From assembly GCF_964213995.1 (NCBI RefSeq), contig NC_135808.1, forward strand, positions 101,990,001 through 102,054,000: a DNA stretch of 64,000 nucleotides, written 5' to 3'. The notes under the pieces are model-generated. The model saw only the letters and a list, made by a program, of their open reading frames with translations, did no database searches and was not told where the DNA came from. This DNA comes from Mustelus asterias (Eukaryota). Below, one piece after another: positions 23,241 to 36,040 of the stretch (position 1 is the first letter of the stretch; every line of letters starts with the position of its first letter). The position numbers and the translations under genes are program-made.

Positions 23241-25148
23241 ATCTTTAATGATAGAGTAGACAGGACTGCAATTTATTTTCATATGCGATGGACATCTTCT
23301 TTAAGTCTGTTCGTACTGGGTGAGATTATGTGCTGAAGTCTTTGGATGGGTTTTGAACTGAACCTCTGACACAATTATCAGAGCTATTCCTGAGCCAAGG
23401 CTGATACTTCTAAAAGTGGGAAAAGGAAAGTAAATGAAGAAATGGAAATCCCGGGAAAAAACACCTTTATGGAAAAGGAAGACAGACAAGGAGAGATACT
23501 GTGAGCAGGACTGTTAAGTTATTATGGACTGAATCCAAGCGTTCTGATCATAAATTTTGATGGGTTGACTCGATCCACATTCTTCTGGGAAAGTTCCAAG
23601 GAATATTCATCTTTACTGTTCGTCAGCACAACTTAAAGAAAAATCACACGTTTGCCTGAAAATGTAGTACTTGAATGTAAAATCAGTTAAGGTCAACCAA
23701 AGTAAAACCAAATTTAGATTTTGTCCTCTTGTACTTTTTAAGACTGTCTTACTCCCTTTCAGTTTGGGAAGGGCATTCATTCATTCAGATCCTGTTCCAG
23801 CAACTGATCAACAAAATCGACAGATTCTTTTTTTAAAAAAATGCTCCCTCAGGCAGAAGAGTAAGTGCCGTGCACAAAGGACAGCCTGGCCTTCACACAC
23901 AAAGCAGCTGCTTGTAAAAGTGGAATCTGCTGAATAAGCAGTTTTCAATAGCAATAGCATGTACACCGGGCTCTGAATGGAACTGGGCTCTGTTAACTGC
24001 TACACACGAAGGGAAACTTCCCTCACAACTACCAGCAGTGATCACAGCCAACGGGTCAACACTCCGGGTTCGAATAAACGAAAATAAATACAAAATTATT
24101 TTGCAAGCCTCCCCTCAGCTTTCTTCTTACAAAGTGCAACATTCTTTCTACGGGCCCAAAGAATTCAGGCTTCGAGCAGTGAGAACATCTGCATTTGCCA
24201 CGCTCTTGTTTGCCCTACTAATTACCCTCAGTCACAGGCCACTTCAGTAAAGTGCACGACAGTGACACCAATCCAAATCTTTACGGATCAGTGAAACCTT
24301 GCATTGCAGCATTCACACAACGTCATGTCGAAGTGCCCAGAGTGCTTGCCTGCGAATTTTACAAATACTCCCTCAAACCACAACTTCCACCGATCTGAGG
24401 AAATGTTTTCCCAACACAAAAGTAAATTGGATGAAGGGTAGGAACCGGTAAGGGCCAGAGGAGCAGAGGGACTAATACCCCAACGGGAGGGGTGAACAGC
24501 CAACCCAAAAAAAACCCGGAATGAATGACTGCAGCAAAATAACGCAATTTGCCTCAGAAAGGCAAAAGTTACACATCACATTGGCAGGATAACACTACCT
24601 GCTTAATCACAGAGTTTTCACAAAACATGTTAGTATCGAACATGGAATGGACACATTTAATTTTAGCAAATGATTAAAATCGTTCTATTTTAAATGACAC
24701 TGGTCCAGAAACATCTCTGGATTGGGAGGTAATTCCTGTCCCCATTACACCACACTGCCTCTGACCGTAACATCCAATTTTATTGCTTTGCGTTTTATTG
24801 GTTTGTCTGTTTTATATTCTGTATTGTAAATGTCATCTTTCAGCAGTTCACGTTTGGTATGGGTGAAACCCAGACAGTTGTAAAGGTGGTGTTTCAAACC
24901 ATTTAAGCAAAACTTCATTAACAGAAGCTGTTGTTATTTTTAAAAGTCTCTACAATGGATGACTGTTATAAATATACATGGTTATATTTGACTTTGGGCT
25001 TTTGGGCTATAGTGGTAGGACTTGCATTCTCTAGAGCCTTACACACTTGCCGCTCAGTTCTGGAGGAAACAGGACATTTTTCTATAATAGTGCACTGCAC
25101 TGCAGAGACAGAGAGTAGACTGACAGAGCCATTCTAATCCTGAAGAAA

Positions 25149-26763
25149 TGTAACCCCCCTTAACCACCGACAAAGTTCATAGCTAATGTGGTCCCACCAA
25201 CCCAAAGAACACAAATAGACAAAACTTCTGTTAAATAATGAAATACAAAGTTATCACAGTGTAATCCAGTTTAAATTTGCAATTTAACTTTTAAGGAGAA
25301 AACTTGGTTACAGCATAAAAGGCAAAAGTAGGAAAAGGACTGGCAAGTAATTCAGAGAGGCCCAGGCTAACTTTTGTCCCCACTTTTCAGGTGAAGGTAG
25401 AACAGTAACATACTCAAAATAATAGCATTGCTCTATACAGCCTTGTCTCCATTACCAGCCGGAACAATTTTGCCGGGTCCCTCTAGAGGAAAGTTGGGAA
25501 TTTTCCAGGAATAGACAGGAGCCTCTATGCGATCTACAAACCAGTATGTGACACCCTTTGACCTGTAAGCCGTACAATAAGGATAATTTATCATTTCCTT
25601 CAAATGTCTACGGAATCTCTAATTGTTTTTAAGAATGTTTGATAAGGACTTTTAAGAGTTTGCATCATTTGTAAAGCAGCTGCTATTTTCCTGGACAACC
25701 AGCGACTATTGACCTGGAATCAGTACCTACAGGAAGGAAAGTAAGACCAAAGGACAGACACACAGTCGCAAGACAAAGAAGCTGGATGCCAAAGGTGATC
25801 AGTACAGATGTGACACAATGAGAAAGCAGAGGCAGAGAGAGGAACACGCAGGACTTTTTGTGAGGAGAAGGAGTAAATCTCTCTCAGGAAGAGGTCAGTT
25901 TTTCTGTTTGGTAGAAAAGGGAGGAAGGACACATGGAGACAATATGAGAACTGGTTAAAAACGTCTAAAATTTGTAAGACTATGTGAATAGCTCAGACAT
26001 AGAAAAGAGCTGAATGTTTTACCAGAAATGTTAAATTGTGAAGCAGGATATCACTGATAGAATTCTGGAGTTGTCTTTGTTTAAGTCTCTACTTTGTTGG
26101 ATACACTCTTTTAGCTTCAGAGAAAGGGAGAGAAAAACCTTTATTGCTCTCTCCCAGCAGTGCTTTAGATAACTGTGATCTTTTTTCTCCTCCTTCAGAT
26201 TCTGCTTGGCGGGACCAGTTTTTAAAACTCCTGTCTGTATATTCTCAGAAAGGAATTTGATTAACATGTCTTGAAGTCATTTGTGCAGACCAAATAATCA
26301 AGTTTCTTTGTTTTTTTCATCTCTAGAAGCTTTGGCACATTTCCAGATGGAAATCAACAGGAGTTGGATTTATTTCATCCTCTACTGAGCTCTTGATGTC
26401 TGATGTCTATCTGGCTAGTAAACAATTACCAATGTTTTGATAGAACTACAACTGATTAAAGTCCTTCCCCTTTGCATTTTAATTGCCTTCCTTTCAAGAG
26501 AATCTTTGTTTGAAGCGGACCTTGATACCTGCCAGGTTTAAATTTCAGATAAAAGATCTGCAGTGCAATTCATATAGAAACTTTCCAGAGAAGTGGTCAA
26601 TTTACAGTATCAGACATCAGATAACTCATGGCAGCCATTTTTTGATCAGCGTCTTTTGTACTTTTAAATTAACTGGTCTTCTCTAAACAGTGCAATATAT
26701 CTTGGTTAGCTTGTGGAGTTGTAGGTAGATTTCACTCTGTCACAGCTTCCTGTCATTGTGACA
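25149..26763 (-). mobile_element. Putative long 3' LTR of the Gmr1-like element
   Basis: Lies downstream of the pol stop; purine run GAGAGGGAG then TGT... and ends GGGGGTTACA on minus; no second LTR found to confirm. Confidence 0.4.
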
Positions 26764-26827
26764 ACTCCCTCTCACAAAGAATGAAACTAGATTCACTCTC
26801 ATTTCAATCATGAGATTCACTCCCATT

Positions 26828-27128
26828 ACGGCACGGTGGCACAGTGGTTAGTACTGCTGCCTCACAGCGCCAGGGACCTGGATCAATTCTGGCCTTGGGT
26901 GACTGTCTGTATGGAGTTTGCACATTCTCCATGTGTCTGCGTGGGTTTCCCCCAGTTTCCTCCCACACTCCAAAGATGTCCAGCCATGCTGATTAGACAA
27001 TTAGTGTCAGGAGGATTAGCAGGGTAAATATGTGGGGTTTCGGGGTAGGTCCTGGGTGGGATTGTTGTCAGTGCAGGCTGGATGGGCTGAATGACCTCCT
27101 TCTGCACTGTAAGGATTATATGATTCTA
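26828..27128 (+). mobile_element. HE1-like SINE (CR1-like tail, type 1)
   Basis: tRNA head; tail GGGCTGAATGACCTCCTTCTGCACTGTA. Confidence 0.88.
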
Positions 27129-27892
27129 GTACAGAAAGGAAAAGAGAAAATATATAAAACAACAAACATATTCACTCCCTGAATCTGGATTATCCTCTCA
27201 GTTCTAACTGGGTCTCTTTAAGTTCTGCTCAGGGCGTCTGCAATCATACGCAATGTCCTTGCAATGTGGATGATATGGTTCAGAAACAAACTCCAATGGA
27301 ATACCCTTGCATTCTAAGTTTTGAACTTTTCCACAACCATTAAAAGGTTGCAGCTGGTGGTCCCTGTGTATCCGTACTGGATATATATCTCAAAGTGTTT
27401 GAGGACCAGTAATAAACCGAGGGTTTTCTTTCTACAGCAAAATATAGTTTCTGATGTTTAGTGTTTTGGAGAAGTATCCAATTTATCTCTTTATTCCTGA
27501 TTTGTCTTCCTGGAGAAGGACCGACCCGACCCTGGTGTCACTTGCATTGATGGTGCCATTAACTACTTGGTTACAGTCTTGAGCTGCGAATACTGGATCA
27601 TTTATTAAAATGGCTTTCAACTTTTGGAAAGCTGTCTGGCATTTCTCAGTCCATACTACTTTCACTTTTTCCTGTAGTAGGTGTGCCAGCGGGACAGCTA
27701 CCGTGCTGACAATTGGGATGAACTTGCAGTAGGACCCAATATCCCTAAGAATCTCATGATTTCCCATTTTGTTGTAGGAATGGGGAACTTTGCTACAACT
27801 TGGACCATTGCAGCTCTGGGCAATATTTGTCCTTGATCCACCATGTGTCCTAGGTAGGTCAACAGAACCTTAGTGAACTCACTTTATTTTTA

Positions 27893-28600
27893 TTCATCTT
27901 TTGTGTCGCTGGCTAGGTCAGCATTTATTGCCCATCCCTAATTACCCTTGAGAAGACGGTGGTGAGCTGCCTTCTTGAACTGTTACAGTCCCTGTGGTGT
28001 AGGCAATTAAAATCCAAACGGGAAGGACTTTAATCAGTTGTAGTTCTATCAAAACATTGGTAATTGTTTACTAGCCAGGTAGACATCAGACATCTGGAGC
28101 TCAGTCCAACTCCTGTTGATTTCCATCTGGAAATGCGCCAAAGCTTCTCAAGATGAAAAAAACAAAGAAACTTGATTATTTGGTCTGCACCAATGACTTC
28201 AAGACATGCTAATCAAATTCCTTTCTGAGAATATACAGACAGGAGTTTTAAAAACTGGTTCTGCCAAGCAGGATCTGAAGGAGGAGAAAAAACATCACAG
28301 TGCTGTTCAGAAAAGGAATTCCAGGATTTTGACCCAGTGACAGTGAAGGAACAGCGATATATTTCCAAGATAGGATGGCGAGTGACTTGCAGAGGAACTT
28401 CCAGGTGGTGGTGGTGGTGTTTCCGTGTGTCTGCTGCTCTTGTCCTTCAAGCAGTCTTGGGTTTGGAAGATGCTGCCTAAGGAATCTTGCTGAGTTTCTG
28501 TGGTGAATCTTGCGGATGGTACACACTGTTGCCACTTTGTGTTGGTGGTGGAGGGAGCGAATGTTTGTTGGAGTGCCTATCAAGCGGGCTGCTTTGTCCT
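27893..28600 (-). mobile_element. CR1/L2-group LINE 3' fragment (partner of SINE family A), interrupted at 28001-28301
   Basis: IRSLHHQHKVATVCTIRKIH...LRQHLPNPR; tail shared with SINE A. Confidence 0.75.
28001..28301 (-). repeat. Inverted copy of 26172-26488
   Basis: Reverse-complement alignment by eye, roughly 90% identical with one ~16-bp indel. Confidence 0.92.
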
Positions 28601-28859
28601 GCGGGATTGACCACAGGGTCCGCTAACTGTAATTTCTGAAAGAGGGCTTCCAGGGCTCTAAGTGAGTTTCCCAATTGTTGCTGTATAGAGGAAGTCAGTC
28701 TAGGTACGCAACACAATTGGATAACCCTGCCACTACCTGATTCATTAGTCTTTGAAAGGTGACTGGGGCATTTCTGAGTCCTAATTTCACGACTCGACAC
28801 TGGTATAACCCATCCAGCCATACGAAAGCGGAGATTTCCTTTGCACTGGTGATCAATTC

Positions 28860-29165
28860 ATCAAAGATCCTTAAACAGCACCTTCCAAACCCAATAGAAG
28901 GACAAGGGCAGCAGATACATGGGAACACCACTATCTGTAGGTTCCCCTCCAAGCCACTCACCATCCTGACTTGGAAATATATCACCGTTCCTTTGCAGTC
29001 ACTGGGTCAAAATCCCAGAATTCTCTCCCTAATGGCATTGTGGGTCAACATGCACGTGGACTGCAGCGATTCAAGAAGGCAGCTCACCATCACCTTCTCA
29101 AGGGCAACTAGGGATGGACAATAAATGCTGGCCAGCCAGCGACGCCCATGTCCCACGAATGAATT
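28860..29165 (+). mobile_element. CR1/L2-group LINE 3' end
   Basis: Same family as 27893-28600; ends AATAAATGCTGGCCAGCCAGCGACGCCCATGTCCCACGAATGAAT. Confidence 0.78.
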
Positions 29166-29557
29166 TAAAAAATATGGTTCTCAGGGGACCAGCTCCTTGC
29201 TGAATGATTCTCCAAGAGCCGGCATGGGTACAGCTTTGATTGCAGGCTGAGGTTTACCCACAATCTGGCAGGTGTGACAGGTTCTGCAAAATCTGACGAC
29301 ATCCCTATGGATGTGTGACCAGTAAACCTGTTGGCTGATGCGAGCTTGAGGTTTGCGTATACCAACATGCCCAGCCATCAGAAATCCATGAACTAGCCAC
29401 AGTATTTCCCCACGGTACCTCGGCGGCACCACTCCCTGGTGGATCACTGATCATTCCTCGTTTGAGGTCTGTGAGGCGGGGTGGGGGGGTCTCCGTTTCC
29501 TCATCAATACCTCATTTTTAATGTCGTAGCATCCAGGGACTGCCTCTACCTTGGCTT

Positions 29558-29876
29558 CACGGTGGCACAGTAGTTAGCACTGCTGCCTCACAGCATCAGG
29601 GACCAGGGTTCAATTCAGGCCTTGGGCCACTCTCTGTGCGGAGGCTGCACATTCTCCCTATGTCTGCATGGATTTCCTTGGACTACTCCAATTTCCTCCC
29701 ACAGTCCAAAGATGTGCAGGTTAGGTTGATAGGCCTTGCTAAAGTGACCTTAGTGTCAGGGGACCAGCAGGGTGAATATGTGGGGTTACGGGAATAGGGC
29801 CTTAAGTGGGATTGTGGTCGGTGCAGACTTGATGGGCCGAATAGCCTCCTTCTGCAGTGTATGGATTCTATGATTC
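29558..29876 (+). mobile_element. HE1-like SINE (type 1 tail)
   Basis: tRNA head, CR1-like tail ending ATTCTATGATTC. Confidence 0.88.
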
Positions 29877-31390
29877 AGTGTGAGTGTGAGCAGTTTTAGC
29901 TTCAGTGTGAGCAGTCTGAGCTAATGTTTTTAATTGTGGGTCAGTTTGCTGGGCGGTTACCAAGGAGGATCTATTTATTACCTCCTTAGAGCCTTCTAGG
30001 CTCCCAGAAAAGGTTTCAGATAACCAGACTGGATGGTTTTCTGTCTGCAATGCCACTTCAGCTTCCCCTGACGGGGCTTGTCTGGCCACAGACCGGGTTA
30101 GCACACAGTCAGGGAAAATGCCAGACACGTTCTCCTGCAGCTGTTCTGTCTCCTTGACCTCGCTCAGCTCCTATGAGACCATTGGAGATGTTATCACTTC
30201 TGACCCTGCCAAGGAGCAGGTCGACCCCGTCCACAGGCAAACTGGCGACGATTCCCATGGTCACCGGTCTTGACACAAAGCTGCTCTCCAGGTGCATCCA
30301 GTCATAAAGGGGTGGGGCATGTACTTTCCTTCAATACCCTTTCCCAACAATATCTTGGCACTTAGTGCACTCTCTGGTGGAAAGAATATGCCTTTTCCCA
30401 GCAATAGTGTTTGGCAGGCTGTTGTATCCTTTGCTATCACAATAGGCTTACCCACCTCACCCTTTCTTCTGATGCAAAATCCTTGTAACAGTCAGGAATT
30501 TGTTTAAATTCACCCATACTCTCAATGGTGCATCTACAGGGATTTACTGCTGCAGTCAGAGCCATAGCCTGGCCTGCTATGCCCTCTGACTGATTCCCAT
30601 TCTCTATGCGAGGTTATGTGCCCTGATAAATCCCACAACCTCCAGCACAGAGATGTCCTACCATACGGCAGTAAAATCACACAGGCCTCCTGGCCTTGCA
30701 TCATCCGTTCTACCTGAGGAGACCCCCCTGCATTTCCAACTGTCCCTTCTCTCCCAGGCATTCTCATTTTCCTATCACTCTCCAGGCCTAGTTAATCCTG
30801 CACAGCCCTCCTCACCAAAACCTGGCTATTGGTGTCCAGGTTAGGAGAGCTGTTACACAGATTATTATTAATTTTTTAATAGGCCTACCTTATTCATACT
30901 CATAGCATATCTATCACTCCAGACTTCTCCATTATCATCCCAAGCTATGTCCCGTCCAACTGGCAGGATAGATCCAGTAACATGTTGGTACAATAGTATG
31001 TACAATCAGGCGAGAAGTGGGCCTGTGAGTTCACAGTATTGCATATTAAGATATTGCATGGCTTCAGGTCAAGCAAAGTGCAGGAAACAACTGCTGACCA
31101 CCACCAACTGCCCCACCTCAGCCCACGTCTCAGTAATTCACCATGTTGAACACCATTTGGAGGAAGTCTGAGGGAAGCAAGGCCAGAGAATGCCCTCTGG
31201 GTAAGAAACCTCAAGGTGAGCTTCTAAGAGTAGCTCAGTATTAATGCGTTAACCGAATCGTGAAGATCGTAGCTAAGCTACCTGATTGGATCTGGGTCAG
31301 GTGGTAAGGGAACCAACTCATCTGGCGCACACACAGATATTCATGATAACATTAATAGGAATGACCATAGCACAGACCTTGTGAAAACGC

Positions 31391-31518
31391 AGGGTGGAAT
31401 TTTCCCGTCCCTCCTGCCACGGGAATTGTAGCAGGTGGGACACGGACCATGCAAATGTCAGTTGACCTCGGGCGGGTTTTTCCGACCTTGGGGTGAGCAC
31501 GGCCAGAAAATCCCGCCT
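31391..31518. mobile_element. MITE, Harbinger-like
   Basis: TIRs GGGTGGAATTTTC / GAAAATCCCGCC; related copies at ~34895-35010, ~54169-54288 and 62686-63070. Confidence 0.72.
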
Positions 31519-32107
31519 ACATTCTCATTTTATCATAAAACAGGAAAGTCCAGAGAAGGAAAGTCTGGAATCTATTGGCAGGATCCAAAAATGAATACCT
31601 GTCAAGCACTCACTTCTTTCAAATTGTTTATATATATCCAGGTATCCTGTAAAGTTTCCATTCCATCTGCCTCCACAAGCTATCCATTGCAAATATTTAC
31701 CTGCCCCTATGTAAAGTTGTTACATCTAAATTGCCTGTGCAAAATCTCTCATCTCAGGTCAGTAACAAGCTTAACAAATCATTAGGTTTGCAAACTGAAA
31801 TAGGAAACATTAAATACATGTGTAAATAAGTGATGTTCATTAACAAAGCTGCAAATGGATAAGAGATTCAGTATTGCTGAAAGTACCTTGTCAATGTGAA
31901 GACGTTCTTTAGCCTTGCTCTGTTTATCTTTTTTGGGCTCAATGCAGAGTCCTGGGGTGATTCATTTTATTTGCAGTTTATGGCACTGATCTCTTTTCGG
32001 GGGGCATGTAGTGGTTACTAAATTTGAACAAAATGGGCAGGTTAACACACTACCTCTCAAATGCCTGCCCAAGGGGCCACAAACTGCAAAGGATTTCACT
32101 ATTATTC

Positions 32108-32240
32108 ACTGATGAAGGGTCATCTAGACTCGAAACATTGGCTCTCTGCTCTCCCCATAGATGCTGTTTGACCTGCTGAGTTTTTCCAGCTTTTTCTCTT
32201 TTTGTTCCAGATTCCATCATCTGCAGTATTTTGCCTTTAT
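32108..32240 (+). mobile_element. Penelope pLTR-derived fragment with hammerhead core
   Basis: CTGATGA-A-GGGTC-ATCTA-GACTC-GAAA at 32109-32135. Confidence 0.68.
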
Positions 32241-32798
32241 TTCACTGTTGATGGGGTGGATGGTGGCAGCCCCTCCCTGCAACATAGTTTCTGTGCCCCT
32301 GTTGGCAACTTTTGTGGGGGGGGGCTCAGGAATTTTCCTAATCCCTGAGAGCGGAGATCATCAGCGGAGACCTGGCCCAGCAAAGTCACTGTCTATGCCT
32401 CTTTTATGGTCTGGGCCTCATCTGGACTGGGTAGGAGTTATGCTCTTTACAAAGGACTACGGAAACTCTTGAGGAAGACTGTGACCCAGCATTTCTGGGC
32501 CCTGACCTAATTCGCAGAAAGATTGCAGATTTTCTGCACCAAACATGCCTCTGTTTTCCCTCAGGAGCTTAAATGATGTCGGTGGAATCCATCATTGAGT
32601 ATATTGTTCATGATCCATGGAGCGGGTGTGGTGGGTCAAGTGGTCTTTTCCTCTTCCGAGTTTTCACAAACTTTTAAAATGGTACAACCAGGAAGGGAGA
32701 TGAAATAATGCAAGTGGTATAGTGCATTGAACTAATAAGAACTTTGTTCTTGAATTATTTAATCTCCCTTTGCGGCTCTAACATGTTAAAATCTAACA

Positions 32799-32880
32799 TG
32801 ATGTGGAGATGCCGGTGTTGGACTGGGGTAAGCACAGTAAGAAGTCTCACAACACCAGGTTAAAGTCCAACAGGTCCAAC
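32799..32880 (-). mobile_element. Penelope pLTR terminal fragment
   Basis: Near-identical to 38221-38297 and homologous to 1979-2058. Confidence 0.75.
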
Positions 32881-32926
32881 AGATACAAAATCTAACATAG
32901 CAGGAATTGCAAAGTCAACAGATTAT

Positions 32927-33228
32927 AGAATAGAAGAGATACTGTGCAGAAGGAGGCCATTCAGCCCATCAAGTCTGCACTGACTCTCCAAAAAGCATCT
33001 TACCCAGGCACCACCCTATCCCTGTAAACCCATGCATTTATCATGGCCAATCCACCTAACCTCCACATCTTTGGACTGTGGGAGGAAACCGGAGCACCCG
33101 GAGGCAACTCACACAGACACGGGAGAACGTGCGGACTCCATAGAGACAGCCACCCAAGGCTGGAATTGAACCCAGGTCCCTGACGCTGTGGAGCAGCAGA
33201 GCTAACCACTGTGCCACAGTACCACCAC
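32927..33228 (-). mobile_element. HE1-like SINE (type 1 tail)
   Basis: Homologous to the other copies. Confidence 0.88.
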
Positions 33229-33295
33229 ACGCATCATCCAAGGAAATATCTGTAGTCAGGAGTATTAGACTGATGATTTACAATGGATGGGAAAT

Positions 33296-33492
33296 AGTCC
33301 AAAGATGTGCGGGTTAGGTTGATTGGCCAGGTTAAAAATTGCCCCTTAGAGTCCTGAGATGCGTAGGTTAGAGGGATTAGCGGGTAAATATGTGGGGGTA
33401 GGACCTGGGTGGGATTGTGGTCGGTGCAGACTCGATGGGCCGAATGGCCTCCTTCTGCACTGTAGGGTTTCTATGATTCTATGATTCTATGA
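33296..33492 (+). mobile_element. HE1-like SINE, 5'-truncated
   Basis: Near-identical to 55411-55600. Confidence 0.85.
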
Positions 33493-34156
33493 AATGCTAC
33501 ATGGAAAATTGAACATAATTGTGATGACATTAATCACAGCAGAAGTTCTTGGCTTTGCACAAAGTGTAATCAGGGAGTGGCTGTCTGGATATTCTTTGTA
33601 CCCACATTAAAACAAAAAAGTTGATCGGATATTTTTCTTAAGTCATTGCTTCTTAATTTTTAAATATACTTATATAAAAAAGACATAAGTTCCACATAGA
33701 AGTTCGTCAATGTAGACATCAACTGTGTCTTTTGGATAAATTTCCAAAGGAAAGCTAATCATTTTAACAAGACTTTTTAACAGCTTTGTTGAAAGACAGC
33801 AGGCTTATAAAGCTCTTTTCTAAAATAGAAACACGATCAGCCAAGCTAGCCAACAATCTAACATCATGTCAGTTCACCTCAATGGTAAATATTTGACAGG
33901 TCTGACAAACAGCTGTACAATTTAAAACGACAAAAAAAAGTCACAGAAAGAAAATGTTTCAGCAGAAGTTTTGAAGTGAGACTTCAACGCTGGTGCAATG
34001 GAAGCTTCCTTGATCTTTGCAGCCGAACACAAGGCAATATACCTTTTGCAGTATGATTAAAAGGCAAAAATATTTTCTTAAAATCGGTTGAACCAAACAG
34101 CAACTGTATTAATTAAAATTGGAGTCTACAGAAAAAAATGAGCACAGTTACAAAAT

Positions 34157-34452
34157 GGGGTGGCACAGTGTGGTTAGCACTGCTACCTCACACACCAGGG
34201 TCCTGGGTTCAATTCCCGGCTTAGGTTACTGTCCGTACGGAGTCTGCACGTTCTCCCCATGTCTGAATGGATTTCTTCCAGGTGCTCTGGTTCCTCCCAC
34301 AGTCCAAAAGACATACTAGTTCAGCGCATTAGCCATGCTAAATTCTCCCTCAGTGTACCCAAACAAGTGCTGGAGTGTGGCGACTAGGGGATTTTCAGTC
34401 ACTTCTTTGCAGTGTTAATGTAAGCCGACTTACGACACTAATAAATAAACTT
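34157..34452 (+). mobile_element. HE1-like SINE (tail type 2)
   Basis: tRNA head; GTGTTAATGTAAGCC...AATAAATAAA tail. Confidence 0.85.
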
Positions 34453-34664
34453 TAATGGCCTAGCAAGCCATTCTGCTCAAGTGTGATTAGGGAATGGGCT
34501 TGTCATTGAGTGAAGGACAAAACGTCAGAGCAATTTCCATTCTTCCATCATACAGTCAGAAATGGAGATATTTACTGATGATTGCACAGTGTTCAGTTCC
34601 ATTTCTAACTCCTCAGTTACCGAAGCAGCCCATGTTCACATACAGCAAGTCACACGTATATATG

Positions 34665-35680
34665 AATTAGGAACAGAAGGAGGCCACTCGGCCCCTCAAA
34701 CCTTCTCCATCATTCAATAAAATCATGGCTGATCTGATTGTAACTTCAACTCCGTATTCTCGCCTACCCCGATAACCTTTCACTCCCTTGCTTATCACGA
34801 ATCTATCTAAATATTCAAAGACTTTGCTTGCACTGCCGTTTGTGGAAGAGAGTTTCAAAGACCCTCTGAGAGAAAAATCTTCTCTTCATCTCTGGGTGGG
34901 ATTTTCTAGCCCCACCTCCTGGCAAGGTCATCCAGTGCTGCCCAAGTCAACGGGGATTTGAATGGATTGTTGCATCCGCCGTGGGAAAACCCACAAAGGC
35001 AGTGCCGGAATGTCTCAGCATCTGTCTTCAATGGGTGACCCTTTATTTTTAATTAGTGACTCCCTAGGTCTAGATTCTCCCACAAGAAGGAATATCCTCT
35101 CCACATTCACTCTGTCAAGACCCCTCAGGGTCTATATGTTTCAATCAAGTCTCAGCTTACTCTTCTAAACTCCGGCGATACAAACCTAATCTGTCCAACC
35201 TTTCCTCAAAAGTCAATCCTCTCATTCCAGGTTATTAAACTGGTAAACCTTCTTTAAACAGCTTCCTATGCATTTATATCCTTCCTTAAATAAGGAGATT
35301 AATACTGTACACAGAACTTCAGATGTGGTCTCACCAATGTATAATTGAAGCTCAAAATCCCTGCTTTTCTATTCAATTCCCCTTGTAATGAATGATAACA
35401 TTCTATTAGCTTTCCTAATTACTTGCTGTACCTGCATACTAATCCTCTGCAATTCATGGACGAGGGCATCCAGATTCCTCTGTATCTCAGAGCACTGCAA
35501 TCTCATCATTTTATTCTATTTACCAGATCTTTACCCTCTTACCGAACTGTATCCCTTTGTATCTCCTCACATCCTCTCCACAATTTACTTTGCTACCTTC
35601 GTCCAATTCACCTCATCCAAGTCATTTACATAAATTGTAAAGGGTTGAGACCCAGCACTGATCCCTGTGGCACACCACTT
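34665..35680 (-). mobile_element. Old CR1 3' fragment containing a MITE (~34895-35010)
   Basis: GVPQGSVLG-like at ~35670 on minus; CR1 tail at 34665-34700. Confidence 0.75.
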
Positions 35681-35699
35681 GGAACATTTCTTTTATTAA

Positions 35700-36040
35700 T
35701 TCATAGGACATGGGCGTCGCTGGCTGGCCAGCATTTATTGCCCATCCCTAGTTGCCCAAGGGCAATTAAGAGTCACCCACATGGCTGTGGTTCTGGAGTC
35801 ACCTGTAAGCCAGACCAGGTAAGGACGACAGATTTCCTTCCCTAAAGGACATTCGTGAACCAGATGGATTTTTACAACAATCAACAATGGTTTCATGGTC
35901 ATCAGTAGATTCTTAATTTCAAATTTTAAAAATTGAATTCAAATTCCAACATCTGCCATGGATTTGAAACCGGATCCCCAGAACATTAGCTGAGTTTCTG
36001 AATTGATAGTCTAGCGATAATACCACTAGGCCATCACCTT
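35700..36040 (-). mobile_element. tRNA-derived SINE family A
   Basis: Homologous to 3985-4316. Confidence 0.82.

Larger units (their letters stand above)
27215..30830 (-). mobile_element. Degenerate Gmr1-like Ty3/Gypsy internal region (PR-IN-RT-RH order)
   Basis: LPVDGVDLLLG (~30230); His/Cys zinc finger GHVGIRK...FCRTCHTCQIVGKP (29447-29181); LRNAPVTFQRLMN...VAYLD (28860-28695); INASDTRVGSVLLQ and ADALSRT* (27767-27218). Confidence 0.8.

Noticed and set aside
28300-29100. Long inverted repeat flanking an RT fragment
   Set aside because: Best explained as two separate, diverged insertions of the same LINE 3' end.
32927-33492. Inverted-repeat element
   Set aside because: Two independent HE1-like SINE copies in opposite orientation.
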